Shown here: piece after piece, positions 30,099 to 39,949 of the stretch
Numbering within the stretch: the first letter of the stretch is position 1
How the letters are laid out: each line of letters begins with the position of its first letter
NCBI GenBank assembly: GCA_963789955.1
Contig: CAWBMV010000034.1
Coordinates: forward strand, 96,001-160,000
Origin: an uncultured Candidatus Rokubacteria bacterium
GTDB taxonomy: Bacteria > Methylomirabilota > Methylomirabilia > Rokubacteriales > CSP1-6
Length of the DNA: 64,000 bases
Direction of reading: 5' to 3'
The notes under the pieces: generated by a model
What the model was told of the DNA's origin: nothing
The model's input: only the letters and a program-made list of their open reading frames with translations
The model's database searches: none
Position numbers and translations under genes: made by a program

Positions 30099-31282
30099 GC
30101 GAGATCCAGCGCGCCGTCGTCGAGCGCGCCGAGCGGCTGACGCGAGAGCGGATCGCGCCGCGGGCCAACGAGTACGACGCCGCCGCGGCCAATCCGATCG
30201 AGAGCTGGCGCGACCTCTGGAGCGAGGGCTTTCTGGCCGGCGCGATCCCCGTGAGCCACGGTGGTCTCGGCCTCGACATGGCGACCTACATCGCGGTCAT
30301 CCGCGCGCTCGCCCGCGGCTGCGCCAGCACCGCCATGACCGTGCACATGCACTCGACGGTCATGCGATTCATCGACGCGGTCGGCACCGCGGCGCAGAAG
30401 GAACGCTATTTCGGCGAGGTCGTGCGCCACGGCAAGCTCTTCGGCAGCTGGGGCAGCGAGCCGGCGGTGAGCCTCTCGCGCGCGTTGCTCATGGAAACGG
30501 TGATTCGCCGCGACGGCGCCGGCTACGTGATCGACGGCGTGAAGCATTTCTGCACGATGGCGCTCGGCGCCGCGCACTACATGGTCTGGTGCGCGCTCGA
30601 CGGCGGCACCGACATGGCCAAGTCGCTCCAGCTCGCGCTGGTGCCAGCCGACGCGCCGGGAATCACCACCGACGGCAAGTGGGACACCCTGGGCATGCGC
30701 GCCACCTTCAGCCCGTCGGTGACGTTCACCGGAGTCCGCGTGCCCGGCGACGGCATGCTCGGCGATCCCGGCGCCGCGGTGCAGGTGGGTGTCATCGAGA
30801 GCTTCGCGCTCGGCTACGCGGCGGTGTACCTGGGCATCGCCGAGTCGGCGCTGGCCTTCGCGCTCGACTACGCCAAGAAGCGCGTCGTGAAGCCCGAGAA
30901 CATCGCGGTCGCCGCGGATCCGACCGTCCAGCGCCACATCGGCGAGCTGGCGGCACAGCTCGATGCCGCCGCGCTCGTCCTGGCCGATTCGGCCGCACGG
31001 TGGGACGGCGCGGATCTCGCCGAGCTCGGGCCGCTCGCCAACCGCGCCAAGTATCTGACGACCGAAGTCGGTCTCCATGTCACGTCGAAGGTCATTCAGG
31101 TCGTGGGCGGTCGCGGCGCCTACAAGGAATTTCCCGCCGAGCGCGCGTTTCGCGATCTCAGGACCTGCACCTTGATGCCGCCGACCGTCGATCGCATGCT
31201 GGAGGCGATCGGCAAGAGCGTGCTCGGCCTGGACACCGCGATGTTCAACGTCTCCGGACGCAAGCCCGCCGCCGGCCGCTGA
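30095..31282 (+). CDS. Acyl-CoA dehydrogenase family flavoprotein
   Basis: IPVSHGGLG, STAMTVHMH, GVKHFCT, WDTLGMRAT, ERAFRD. Confidence 0.88.
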   Translation: MSEIQRAVVERAERLTRERIAPRANEYDAAAANPIESWRDLWSEGFLAGAIPVSHGGLGLDMATYIAVIRALARGCASTAMTVHMHSTVMRFIDAVGTAAQKERYFGEVVRHGKLFGSWGSEPAVSLSRALLMETVIRRDGAGYVIDGVKHFCTMALGAAHYMVWCALDGGTDMAKSLQLALVPADAPGITTDGKWDTLGMRATFSPSVTFTGVRVPGDGMLGDPGAAVQVGVIESFALGYAAVYLGIAESALAFALDYAKKRVVKPENIAVAADPTVQRHIGELAAQLDAAALVLADSAARWDGADLAELGPLANRAKYLTTEVGLHVTSKVIQVVGGRGAYKEFPAERAFRDLRTCTLMPPTVDRMLEAIGKSVLGLDTAMFNVSGRKPAAGR

Positions 31283-31371
31283 CCAGGCCCCCCGAAATAC
31301 TCCGCCGATAGGGTCCGTCCAATGAGCCAGAGGGAAAGGCAAAGAAGTTGGCCCCCTCGGGAGGGACCGGC

Positions 31372-31764
31372 ATGAAAAAGATAACGATTCTCGCGCTCTT
31401 GGTGGCGCTACTCGTTCCCGGCGCGGCGTTCGCAGGACCCTCGACCGACGCGGCGCTCGGACTCGGCGCCTTTGCCGTCTTCAACCAGATCATTGCGGGT
31501 ACCGGCGTCTTCGGCGTGTTCGCACCGCCGGCGCCCCGTCCAGTCATCCTGCCGGCGCCGCCGCCGCCCGTGGCACCGCCGGTGATCGTGCACGAGTACC
31601 GTCCGGTCTACGTGCAGCCGCCGGTCTACGTGCGGCCGCCCGTCTACTACGCACCGCCGGTTCACCGCGTGTATCACGCGCCGGCGCGCGTCATCGTCAA
31701 GGAACGTGTTGTCGTGCCGGGTCACGCGTGGCGAGGCCACCCCGGCCGTGGTCGTAACTGGTAG
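31372..31764 (+). CDS. Hypothetical secreted Pro/Val/Tyr-rich protein
   Basis: MKKITIL...AFA signal peptide, STDAALGLGAFAVFNQ, PVYVQPPVYVRPPVYY repeats; GGAGG RBS. Confidence 0.75.
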   Translation: MKKITILALLVALLVPGAAFAGPSTDAALGLGAFAVFNQIIAGTGVFGVFAPPAPRPVILPAPPPPVAPPVIVHEYRPVYVQPPVYVRPPVYYAPPVHRVYHAPARVIVKERVVVPGHAWRGHPGRGRNW

Positions 31765-31802
31765 CCGCTGATAGCTGAGCGTTCGTCCGCCGGGACGCCG
31801 AC

Positions 31803-32510
31803 CTAGATTTCGAGGAATCGCTGCTGAATGGTCGGGTCCCGGCGGAGCTGTTCCGGAGTGCCCTCGAACTGGATCTGCCCCTGGTCCATCACGTACACCC
31901 GATGCGAGAGCGCGAGCGCCACTTCGAGTGTCTGCTCGACCAGGAGGATCGTCGTGCCCCGCCGGTTGATCGCCGCCAGGATCTCCGTGAGGTTCTGAAC
32001 GAGGAGCGGAGCGAGTCCTTCGGTCGGCTCGTCCACGAGCATGACGGCCGGGCGGCTCACCAATCCCCGCGCGATCGCGAGCATCTGCTGCTCGCCGCCC
32101 GACAGGAACCGGCCGCGGTGCGCGATGCGCTCGCGCAGCCGCGGGAAATAGCCGAAGACCTCCTCGAGGACGTCCGCGCCGTTCGGCGCCGTGCCGCCGA
32201 GCATGCCGAGCCTGAGGTTCTCCAGCACGGTGAGGTTCGGCAGCACGCGGCGCTCCTCGGGAATCCACGCGATACCTCGCCGCGCGATCTCGTGGGTCTT
32301 GAGCGCGGTGATGTCCTCACCGCGCAACCGCACGTGGCCTTGCCTCGCCCTCACGATGCCCATGATCGATCGCAACGTGGTCGTCTTGCCGGCGCCGTTG
32401 CGTCCGATGAGCGTGACGACCTCGCCCTCGCCGACCGTGGCGGACACCCCCTGCAAGATGTGGGCTTCGCCGTAGTAGGTGTGCACACTCTCGAGCGTGA
32501 GCAGGCTCAC
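31803..32510 (-). CDS. LivF-type ABC ATPase
   Basis: GRNGAGKTT, LSGGEQQM, DEPTEGLAP. Confidence 0.92.
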   Translation of the reverse strand: MSLLTLESVHTYYGEAHILQGVSATVGEGEVVTLIGRNGAGKTTTLRSIMGIVRARQGHVRLRGEDITALKTHEIARRGIAWIPEERRVLPNLTVLENLRLGMLGGTAPNGADVLEEVFGYFPRLRERIAHRGRFLSGGEQQMLAIARGLVSRPAVMLVDEPTEGLAPLLVQNLTEILAAINRRGTTILLVEQTLEVALALSHRVYVMDQGQIQFEGTPEQLRRDPTIQQRFLEI

Positions 32511-33256
32511 CGGCGGGCCCCCAGGTAGGTTTGCTGCACCCGCGGGTTGGCGCGGATCTCCTCGGGCGTCCCGTCCGCGAGCACCTGGCCCTGGTGGAGC
32601 ACCGTGATCCGGTCCGAGATGCCCATGACGACCTTCATCTTGTGCTCGACCAGCACGACCGTGCGTCCGGCGGCGAGCTCGCGGATCAGGCGCATCGTCG
32701 CGTCGGTCTCCTCCGGGCTCATGCCCGCGGTGGGCTCGTCGAGCAGCAGCAAGGTCGGATTGGACGCGAGCGCGATGCCGAGCTCGAGATGGCGCTTCTC
32801 CCCGTGAGAGAGGTGCGCCGCGAGCAGGTCGGTCTTGGCGCCGAGACCGACCGATTTCAGGATCGCTTCAGCGCGCTCGCGCACCTCGGTGAGGCGATCG
32901 GCGCGCGACCAGAAATTGAAGGACCGCGCGTAGCCCTGCACGGCGACGCGCACGTTCTCGAGCACGCTCAGGTGCGGAAAGATGTTCGTGATCTGGTACG
33001 ACTTGGCGATGCCCAGCCGTGTCGTCGCGTGCTGCGGCATTCCCGTGATGTCCGTGCCCTCGAACCAGATGCGGCCGGAGGTCGGCACGGTCTCGCCGGA
33101 GATCAGGCGGAAGAAGGTGGTCTTGCCGGCGCCGTTGGGTCCGATGATCGAGCGCAGCTCGCCGCGGCGCACGCTCACGTCCACGTCCGACACCGCCAGG
33201 AGGCTGCCATACGCCCGCGTCAGACGCTCGGTGCGCAGCAGGACGGCGTCGGGCAT
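32507..33256 (-). CDS. LivG-type ABC ATPase
   Basis: [28 protein letters not shown]. Confidence 0.92.
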   Translation of the reverse strand: MPDAVLLRTERLTRAYGSLLAVSDVDVSVRRGELRSIIGPNGAGKTTFFRLISGETVPTSGRIWFEGTDITGMPQHATTRLGIAKSYQITNIFPHLSVLENVRVAVQGYARSFNFWSRADRLTEVRERAEAILKSVGLGAKTDLLAAHLSHGEKRHLELGIALASNPTLLLLDEPTAGMSPEETDATMRLIRELAAGRTVVLVEHKMKVVMGISDRITVLHQGQVLADGTPEEIRANPRVQQTYLGARR

Positions 33257-33323
33257 AGCGCGAGATAGCACGCGGGCTTTCGCCGTGTCAAGGCGTGGAG
33301 CTGTGCTATCGTGCCGCGCGGAC

Positions 33324-34280
33324 ATGCCGAATCACGTGGTGCCCGTGAAGTGGAAGAGCGGGATGATCGAGGTCGGGGCCAAGATCTTCGCCTACGTGCA
33401 GGCCTCGGGGATCGATCCCACCGGCGACACCGGCGTCGCCAACGCGGGGCTGATCGTCGGGCCCTCGGCGGCGGTCGCGGTGGACGCGCTGATGGTGCCG
33501 TCGATGACGAAGCGGCTCGTGACGGCCATCAAGAAGACCACGCGCAAGCCGATCGCCCAGCTCATCAACACACACCACCACCTCGACCACACCGGCGGCA
33601 ATCGCTTCTTCCGCGGCGCGACGATCGTCGCCACCGAGAAGTGCCGCGCGGCGCTCGCCCCGGGGTTTCCGCCGGTGCCGCTGCTGCAGCGCTTCATGCC
33701 GAAGTTTGCCGCGGAGTTCCCGAAGCTCCAGGTGGTCCTGCCGACGGTGACCTTCGAGGACCGCATGATCCTGCACGACGGCGAGCGAGAGATCCAGCTC
33801 TGGCATCCCGGCTTCGCCGCGCACACGGTCGGCGACGCCGTCGCCTACCTGCCGAAAGAACGGATCCTGTTCGCGGGCGACATCGCGTTCCTCTATGTCA
33901 CGCCGCTCGCGTTCCAGGGCCACGTCGGCAACTGGATCAAGGCCGCCGACCGGTTGCTGCGCTTCGACGCCGACGTGATCGTGCCGGGTCACGGGCCCAT
34001 CGGGACCAAGAAGGACCTGAAGCACATGCGCGACTATCTCGCGCTGGTGCGCCGCGAGGCGAAGCAGCGGTTCGACGCCGGCATGCCGGCGGAGGCGGCG
34101 GCCGCCGACATCAAGCTCGGCGTCTACGCGTCGTGGAGCGACGCCGAGCGGATCCTGCCGAACGTGATGCGCTGCTATCAGGAATTTCGCCGCGAGCTGG
34201 ATCAGCCGATGGATCTGCCGCGGATGCTCGCGGGGATGGAGAAGCTGCGCGGGACGGCCTCGAAGCACGCCTGCGTCTAG
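33324..34280 (+). CDS. Metallo-beta-lactamase fold hydrolase
   Basis: NAGLI, NTHHHLDHTGGN, AHTVGD, FAGD, VPGHG. Confidence 0.9.
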   Translation: MPNHVVPVKWKSGMIEVGAKIFAYVQASGIDPTGDTGVANAGLIVGPSAAVAVDALMVPSMTKRLVTAIKKTTRKPIAQLINTHHHLDHTGGNRFFRGATIVATEKCRAALAPGFPPVPLLQRFMPKFAAEFPKLQVVLPTVTFEDRMILHDGEREIQLWHPGFAAHTVGDAVAYLPKERILFAGDIAFLYVTPLAFQGHVGNWIKAADRLLRFDADVIVPGHGPIGTKKDLKHMRDYLALVRREAKQRFDAGMPAEAAAADIKLGVYASWSDAERILPNVMRCYQEFRRELDQPMDLPRMLAGMEKLRGTASKHACV

Positions 34281-35296
34281 CGGCGGCCGGACAGCTCCTT
34301 GCGCACCAGCGCGGTCCCGGCGGCCAGCGCCGCGAGCTTCTGGTTACACATGTAGCGCGGCGACCAGCCGAAGCCGCAGTCGGGATTCACCGTCAGCTTC
34401 TCGACCGGGCACACCTGGAGCACGCGCCGGATCCGCGACGCCACCTCGTCGACGGTGTCCTGGTTGAACCCCTTCACGTCGATCACCCCCGCGCCGAGCT
34501 CGCGGCCCTCGCCATAGCGCTTCCAGAGATCGACCTCGCTCAGCTCGCGCCCGGCGAACTCGAGGACGAACTGATCCGCGCGCGCCTTGAGGAGCCCGGG
34601 GAAATACGGCTCGTACGAGCGGCTGAAGCGCGAGCGGCCGAAGCGGTTGCCGAAGCAGATGTGAAACGCGAGCTTCACGTTGATCCCCGCGGTGGCCAGG
34701 TTGAAGAGCCGGGCCATCTCCTCGCCGGAGACGTTGCCGCGCGCGGGCTCGTCGAGCTGGATGAGCTCCGCGCCCGCCGCGACCAGCCCGCGGAGCTCCG
34801 CGTTGATGACCTCGGCGAAGCGCTCCGCGACGTCGACGACGCCCTTGTAGATGGTGCCCGGATGAATCCGCGAGCCGAACGTCAGCGGGCCGGCGCAGGT
34901 CGCCTTGACGTGGTGGACCGTATGCGACCGGAGGTACTCGAACTCCTTGACGATGCCGAGGCCGCCGCTCGGCGTCTCGATGCGGCCGACCGCCTCGTAG
35001 CGCGTCTGCTGGTCGTAGCCCCACGGACCGGCCTTGCGGCGGATGGGCAGCGGCTCGATGCCCTTGATGATCGTGTAGTACGAGTCGACGTAGCCGTCGA
35101 GCCGGCGCACTTCGCCGTCGGTGATGATGTCGATGCCCGCCTTCTCCATGTCGCGGATGGCGGTGTTGGCGGCGTCGTCGAACATCTCGTCCATGTCGCC
35201 CGGGCCGAAGTCGCCCTGCTCGAGCGCCTTGACCGAGGCGAACCACCAGCTCGGTTTTCCGTGGGAGCCGACGACCGCGGTCGGGATCAGGGGCAA
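34277..35296 (-). CDS. MetE C-terminal (core) domain family protein, paralogue 1
   Basis: VVGS..KP, DIITDGEVRR, IQLDEP, HICFGN, NPDCGF. True start is probably the ATG at 35303 with a 1-nt insertion. Confidence 0.88.
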   Translation of the reverse strand: MPLIPTAVVGSHGKPSWWFASVKALEQGDFGPGDMDEMFDDAANTAIRDMEKAGIDIITDGEVRRLDGYVDSYYTIIKGIEPLPIRRKAGPWGYDQQTRYEAVGRIETPSGGLGIVKEFEYLRSHTVHHVKATCAGPLTFGSRIHPGTIYKGVVDVAERFAEVINAELRGLVAAGAELIQLDEPARGNVSGEEMARLFNLATAGINVKLAFHICFGNRFGRSRFSRSYEPYFPGLLKARADQFVLEFAGRELSEVDLWKRYGEGRELGAGVIDVKGFNQDTVDEVASRIRRVLQVCPVEKLTVNPDCGFGWSPRYMCNQKLAALAAGTALVRKELSGRR

Positions 35297-35299
35297 GCG

Positions 35300-36010
35300 T
35301 CATCGTGAACGCCCTCCGATTATCCGCGAAACGCCGGCGTCGCGCCAGGCGTCGTCCGGTCGGCCGGCGAAGATGATCTCGCCGCGCTCGATCACGTAGA
35401 GCCGCGTGGTGTGCTCGGGCACATGGTGGATGTTGGACTCGGCGATGAGGAGCGCGCGGCCGAGCCCGGTGATCGTCGCGATGCCGGCGCTGACGGCCGG
35501 GATGATCGCGGGCGAGAGACCCTCGAACGGCTCGTCGAGCAGCAGCATCTCCGGGTCGAGCGCCAGCGCGCGCGCGATCGAGAGCATCTTGCGCTCACCG
35601 CCGCTCATCTCCGGGCCCTTGCGCGCGGCGTAGCGGCGGAGCGCGGGAAACACGTCGTACGCCTGCTCGATGCGCTCGGCCGCCGGCCGGCCGCTCGGCC
35701 GCGTCCAGGTGGCGATCTCGATGTTCTCGGCGACGGTGAGATCCGAGAAGATCCCGGAGTCTTCGGGCGCCCAGCCGAGCCCGAGCATCGCGATCTCGTG
35801 GGTGCGCCGGCCGTGGATGGGCCGGCCGTGGAACTCGACGGTGCCGGTCCTGGGCCTGAGGTACCCCATGATCGTCCGGAGGGTCGTCGTCTTGCCGGCG
35901 CCGTTGCGCCCCACCAGGCAGACCACCTCGCGCGCGCCGACCTCGAGCGAGACGCCGCGCAGGATCTGGCTCGTCTGGATGAAGACGTCGACGCCGGTCA
36001 GACTCAGCAC
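35300..36010 (-). CDS. LivF-type ABC ATPase
   Basis: GRNGAGKTT, MSGGERKM, LLDEPFEGL. Confidence 0.9.
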   Translation of the reverse strand: MLSLTGVDVFIQTSQILRGVSLEVGAREVVCLVGRNGAGKTTTLRTIMGYLRPRTGTVEFHGRPIHGRRTHEIAMLGLGWAPEDSGIFSDLTVAENIEIATWTRPSGRPAAERIEQAYDVFPALRRYAARKGPEMSGGERKMLSIARALALDPEMLLLDEPFEGLSPAIIPAVSAGIATITGLGRALLIAESNIHHVPEHTTRLYVIERGEIIFAGRPDDAWRDAGVSRIIGGRSR

Positions 36011-36777
36011 GCGGGTGCCCGAGGTGTCACGGCCTTGCGGCCGATGACGGTGTCCATCACGTGCTGGTCGGCCAGGATCGTCGCCGGCGGCCCGTCCGCC
36101 AGCACCGTGCCCTGGTGGAGCGCGATGATGCGGTCCGAATACCCGAAGACGATGTCCATGTCGTGCTCGACCTGGACGATCGCCCGGAGCCCGATCAGCT
36201 TCGACGCCGCCACCAAGGTGTCCATGATCGCGGTCTTGTCCGCCGTACTGACCCCCGACGTGGGCTCGTCGAGCAGGATGATCTCCGGCTTCAGCGCGAA
36301 CGCGGAGGCCACGTCCAGCAGCTTCTTGTCGCCCTGCGGGAGCTGCCGCGCCGGGATGTGCCGCTTGTCGGCGAGCCGGAACAATTCGGCGACCTCGAGC
36401 GCGCCCGCCTGCACCTCACGATCGCGCGCGAGCGACGCGAAGAGCCGAGTCGCGCGTCCGAGTCGCGCGACCACCGCGGCCTGCAAGGTCTCGAGGACCG
36501 TGAGATCGGGGAAGACCTGGACGAGCTGGAACGAGCGGGCCATGCCGAGCCGCGCGAGGCGGACCGGACCGCCGCCGCCGATCTCCCGATCCTTGAACCG
36601 CACCGTGCCGGCGCTCGGCCGCGTGACGCCGGTGAGGATGTTGATCAGGGTCGATTTGCCGGCACCGTTGGGCCCGACGATCGAGACGAACTCGCCGGCG
36701 TCGACGGCGAGGCTCACGCCGTCGAGCGCGCAGAACTCTCCGTACATCTTCCGGAGCCCCTCGGCCTGGAGGATCAC
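36004..36777 (-). CDS. LivG-type ABC ATPase
   Basis: GPNGAGKST, LLDEPTSG, VEHDM. Confidence 0.9.
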   Translation of the reverse strand: MILQAEGLRKMYGEFCALDGVSLAVDAGEFVSIVGPNGAGKSTLINILTGVTRPSAGTVRFKDREIGGGGPVRLARLGMARSFQLVQVFPDLTVLETLQAAVVARLGRATRLFASLARDREVQAGALEVAELFRLADKRHIPARQLPQGDKKLLDVASAFALKPEIILLDEPTSGVSTADKTAIMDTLVAASKLIGLRAIVQVEHDMDIVFGYSDRIIALHQGTVLADGPPATILADQHVMDTVIGRKAVTPRAPAC

Positions 36778-37730
36778 GCGCGACCCGTCAGCGCCGGGCG
36801 GCGGCGAGTGACGAGGCCCACGAGGCCATCCGGTGCTGCGATCACGATCACGGCGAGCATCGCCCCGAAGATCAGCCGCCAGTAGGGCACGACCGACATC
36901 ACCCAGTTCTGGAGATAGATGAACACGAAGGCCCCGACGACCGGACCGAAGAAGCTGGTGAACCCGCCGAGCAGGGTCATGAACACGATGTTCCCGGAGT
37001 GCGTCCAGTAGGCGAGGGTCGGGTCGACGTTCCCGGTCGGCGGGCCCAGCAGCGCGCCGCCGACGGCGGCGTAGATCGCGGAGATGACGAAGGCGTAGAA
37101 GCGGTGGCGCGTCACGCTGATGCCCAGGGTCTCGGCCTTGACGGGATTGTCCCGGATCGTCTTCAAGCACAGTCCGAACGGCGAGTGGACGATGCGCCAC
37201 ATGACGAGCGCCGCGAGGGCGAGCACGGCCAGCGAGTAGTAGTAGTAGGGGCCGACCAGATAGTCGATCTTCGGCATCGCGTCGAGGCTTCGCCCGAGCA
37301 GGGACGGACGCAAGAACGGCGTGCCCTCGTCGCCGCCGGTCAGCCGATAGAACTTCAGGACGAACGTGTAGAAGAGCATGCCGAAGGCCAGGGTCAGCAT
37401 GCCGAAGTAGATCTTCACGTAGCGCACGCAGAGCGCCGCCACCGGCGCCGCCACCAGCGCGCCGAGCGCCGCGGCGACGAGCAGGATCACCTCGAGCGAG
37501 CGGATCTTGGCGTGGGTCGTCAGGAACGCGCCGGCGTAGGCGCCGAGTCCGATGAAGAGCGCGTGGCCGAACGAGACGAGGCCCGTGTAGCCGAACAGGA
37601 GGTTGAGCCCGAGCAGGACGATCGCGTAGGCCATGAACGGCAGCATGAGGAGCACGTGATAGGTCGAGGCGACAAGCGGCGCCGCGGCGATGGCCGCGAC
37701 TCCGAGCCCGACGGCCAGCGCGGCCTTCAC
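36774..37730 (-). CDS. LivM-type ABC permease
   Basis: GYTGLVSFGHA, IYFGMLTLAF, SPFG...IRDN. Confidence 0.9.
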   Translation of the reverse strand: MKAALAVGLGVAAIAAAPLVASTYHVLLMLPFMAYAIVLLGLNLLFGYTGLVSFGHALFIGLGAYAGAFLTTHAKIRSLEVILLVAAALGALVAAPVAALCVRYVKIYFGMLTLAFGMLFYTFVLKFYRLTGGDEGTPFLRPSLLGRSLDAMPKIDYLVGPYYYYSLAVLALAALVMWRIVHSPFGLCLKTIRDNPVKAETLGISVTRHRFYAFVISAIYAAVGGALLGPPTGNVDPTLAYWTHSGNIVFMTLLGGFTSFFGPVVGAFVFIYLQNWVMSVVPYWRLIFGAMLAVIVIAAPDGLVGLVTRRRPALTGRA

Positions 37731-38612
37731 GCGGCGGCCCCGCCGAAGAGGCCGCGCGGCCGCGCCACCAGCACGGCGATCACGATCAGGTAGATCAGCA
37801 GCATCTCGAGCTCCGGGATACACGGAGATCGCGATCGCGCGCAGGATGCCGACGACGAGCGCGCCGACGAAGGCGCCGCGCATCGAGCCGAGACCGCCGA
37901 TCACGACGACCGCGAACGCCTCGACGATCAGCTCGATGCCCATCTCGCTCATCGCCGCGGTCGACGGGATGACGAGCGCGCCGCCGAGCGTGCCGAGCGC
38001 GGTGCCGAGCGTGAACACCTTGGCGTAGACGCGGCGCATGTCGACGCCGAGCGCCTCGGCCATCTCGCGATTGTCGGCGGTCGCGCGGATGATCCGACCG
38101 AACGCGGTGCGGGTGAGCAGCCAGCCGATGGCGAGCGCGATGGCCAGGCTCGCCGCGATGACGACCAGGTTGTAGACGGGCACGGTCGCGCCGAAGAGGC
38201 GCACCTGACCATAGACGAGATAGAGCCCGGCCGTCGATCGCGGCGCCGTGCCCCAGGTGAGGCGGATCGCGTCCTCCATCATGAGGACGATCGCGAACGT
38301 CATCAGGAGCTGGAACGTCTCGTCGCGATCGTAGACGAAGCGGAGGAGCCCGCGCTCGACCACCACCCCGACCGCGCCGACCGCCAGGCCCGCCAGCGCG
38401 AGCGGCACGATGAACAGTGCGGGCGGGCCCCCGGCGCCCACGTACCAGCCGACGGCCGAGACACCGACGTAGGCGCCGAGCGCGTAGAACGAGCCGCACG
38501 CGAGGTTGAAGATCTTCTGCACGCCGAAGACCACTTGGAGACCGGCGGCGACCAGGAACAGCACCGACGCGTGAAAGAGCCCGCCGAGGAGAACGTTGAC
38601 GGCGTGGGCGAC
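37727..38612 (-). CDS. LivH-type ABC permease; start approximate, frameshift near 37812
   Basis: AAGLQVVFGVQKIFNLACG, RATADNREMAEALG, VVIGGLGS. Confidence 0.85.
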
Positions 38613-38614
38613 GG

Positions 38615-39901
38615 CTACACCTTCCAGCCGTTGATCCACTCGAAGAGCTTCGACCCGGCCGGTTTCATCGCCTGCTTCGTGGAGACCATCTCGATGGGAT
38701 CGATCGTCACGAAGTCGTACCCGTTCTTGTGGGTGGTGATCCCTTGATAGAAGTTGCACATCTGGACGTGATCCTCGCGCCAGCTGCGCCGGCCGGAGAG
38801 CGACTCGATCTCGAGGCCCTCGAGCGCGCGGACCACCTGCGCCTTGTCCGGCCACTTCTTGGCGGGTCCGGCGGCCTTCTCGACCGCGACCTTGTAGGAC
38901 TCGGCGTTGAAGAACGCGTGGTCGCACTCGTAGGGCGGGTACTCGTTGTACTTCGCCTTGTACTCGCGGACGAACTGCTTGAGCAGGGGGCTCGCCTTCG
39001 GGTCGTCGAAGTACATGGTGTTGTAGCCGAGCAGGAGCCCTTCCGGCGTGAACTCCTTCTTCAGCGAGTCGTGGACGCCGCCGGCCGTCGTGAACACGCC
39101 CTTCATCGTCTTGAAGAGGCCGACCGCGGCGGCCTGCTTCATGATGATCGTCGCGTCGCCGGACCAGAACGAGCACATCAGCAGATCGGCCTTCGACTGC
39201 TGGATCGCCGCGATGTGCGAGGTGAAGTCGGTCACCCCGAGCTTGGGGAACAGCTCGAGCACGAACTTCACGTCGGGGACGTAGCGCTTGAGCACGGCCT
39301 GATAGGACTCCCAGCAGTCGTGGCCGTAGGAATAGTCGTTGCCGATGCCGGCGACGGTCTTGATGCCCTTGAAGTACTTCGGCGTCAGGATGCCGGCGAC
39401 GATCGCCTCGACCTCGTTGTCCACGCTCTTGAAGGCCCACTTGGGATTCGGCATCGTCTCTTCGACGCCCTTCTGGGTCGTGCCGTCCCAGGAGAGCCAC
39501 GGCGTGCCGAGATCCTCCGCCACCGGACCGAGCGCCAGGGTCACGCCGGTCGAGATGCCGCCCACGACGACGTCGACCTTGTCTTGCAGGACGAGCTTGC
39601 GGTACCGCTCGACCGTATCTTTGGGATTCGATTCTTCCTCGACGACCAGCTGCACGGGCCGCCCGAGGATCCCGCCGGCCTTGTTCACGCGCTCGGCCCA
39701 CCACTCGGTGCCGCGAAGCCCGGCGGCGCCGACCGGCGCCGCGACGCCGGCGCGGATGACGAGGACGCCCACCTTCACCGGACCGGTCGACTGAGCGTGC
39801 GAGGCCCGAACGTCGAGCCGCGTCGCCGCGGCCACGCCGGCGCCCGCGCCCAGGACCTTGATGAACTGCCGTCGTGAGGTCGTGTCGTGAATGCGAGTCA
39901 T
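38615..39901 (-). CDS. Liv-type ABC substrate-binding protein with Tat signal
   Basis: SRRQFIK Tat motif, NKAGGILGRPV, DYSYG. Confidence 0.92.
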   Translation of the reverse strand: MTRIHDTTSRRQFIKVLGAGAGVAAATRLDVRASHAQSTGPVKVGVLVIRAGVAAPVGAAGLRGTEWWAERVNKAGGILGRPVQLVVEEESNPKDTVERYRKLVLQDKVDVVVGGISTGVTLALGPVAEDLGTPWLSWDGTTQKGVEETMPNPKWAFKSVDNEVEAIVAGILTPKYFKGIKTVAGIGNDYSYGHDCWESYQAVLKRYVPDVKFVLELFPKLGVTDFTSHIAAIQQSKADLLMCSFWSGDATIIMKQAAAVGLFKTMKGVFTTAGGVHDSLKKEFTPEGLLLGYNTMYFDDPKASPLLKQFVREYKAKYNEYPPYECDHAFFNAESYKVAVEKAAGPAKKWPDKAQVVRALEGLEIESLSGRRSWREDHVQMCNFYQGITTHKNGYDFVTIDPIEMVSTKQAMKPAGSKLFEWINGWKV

Positions 39902-39949
39902 CGTGGGGCTCCTGGTGTCGGGGTCGCGGCGACGAGAGTCGGCGCCCGC

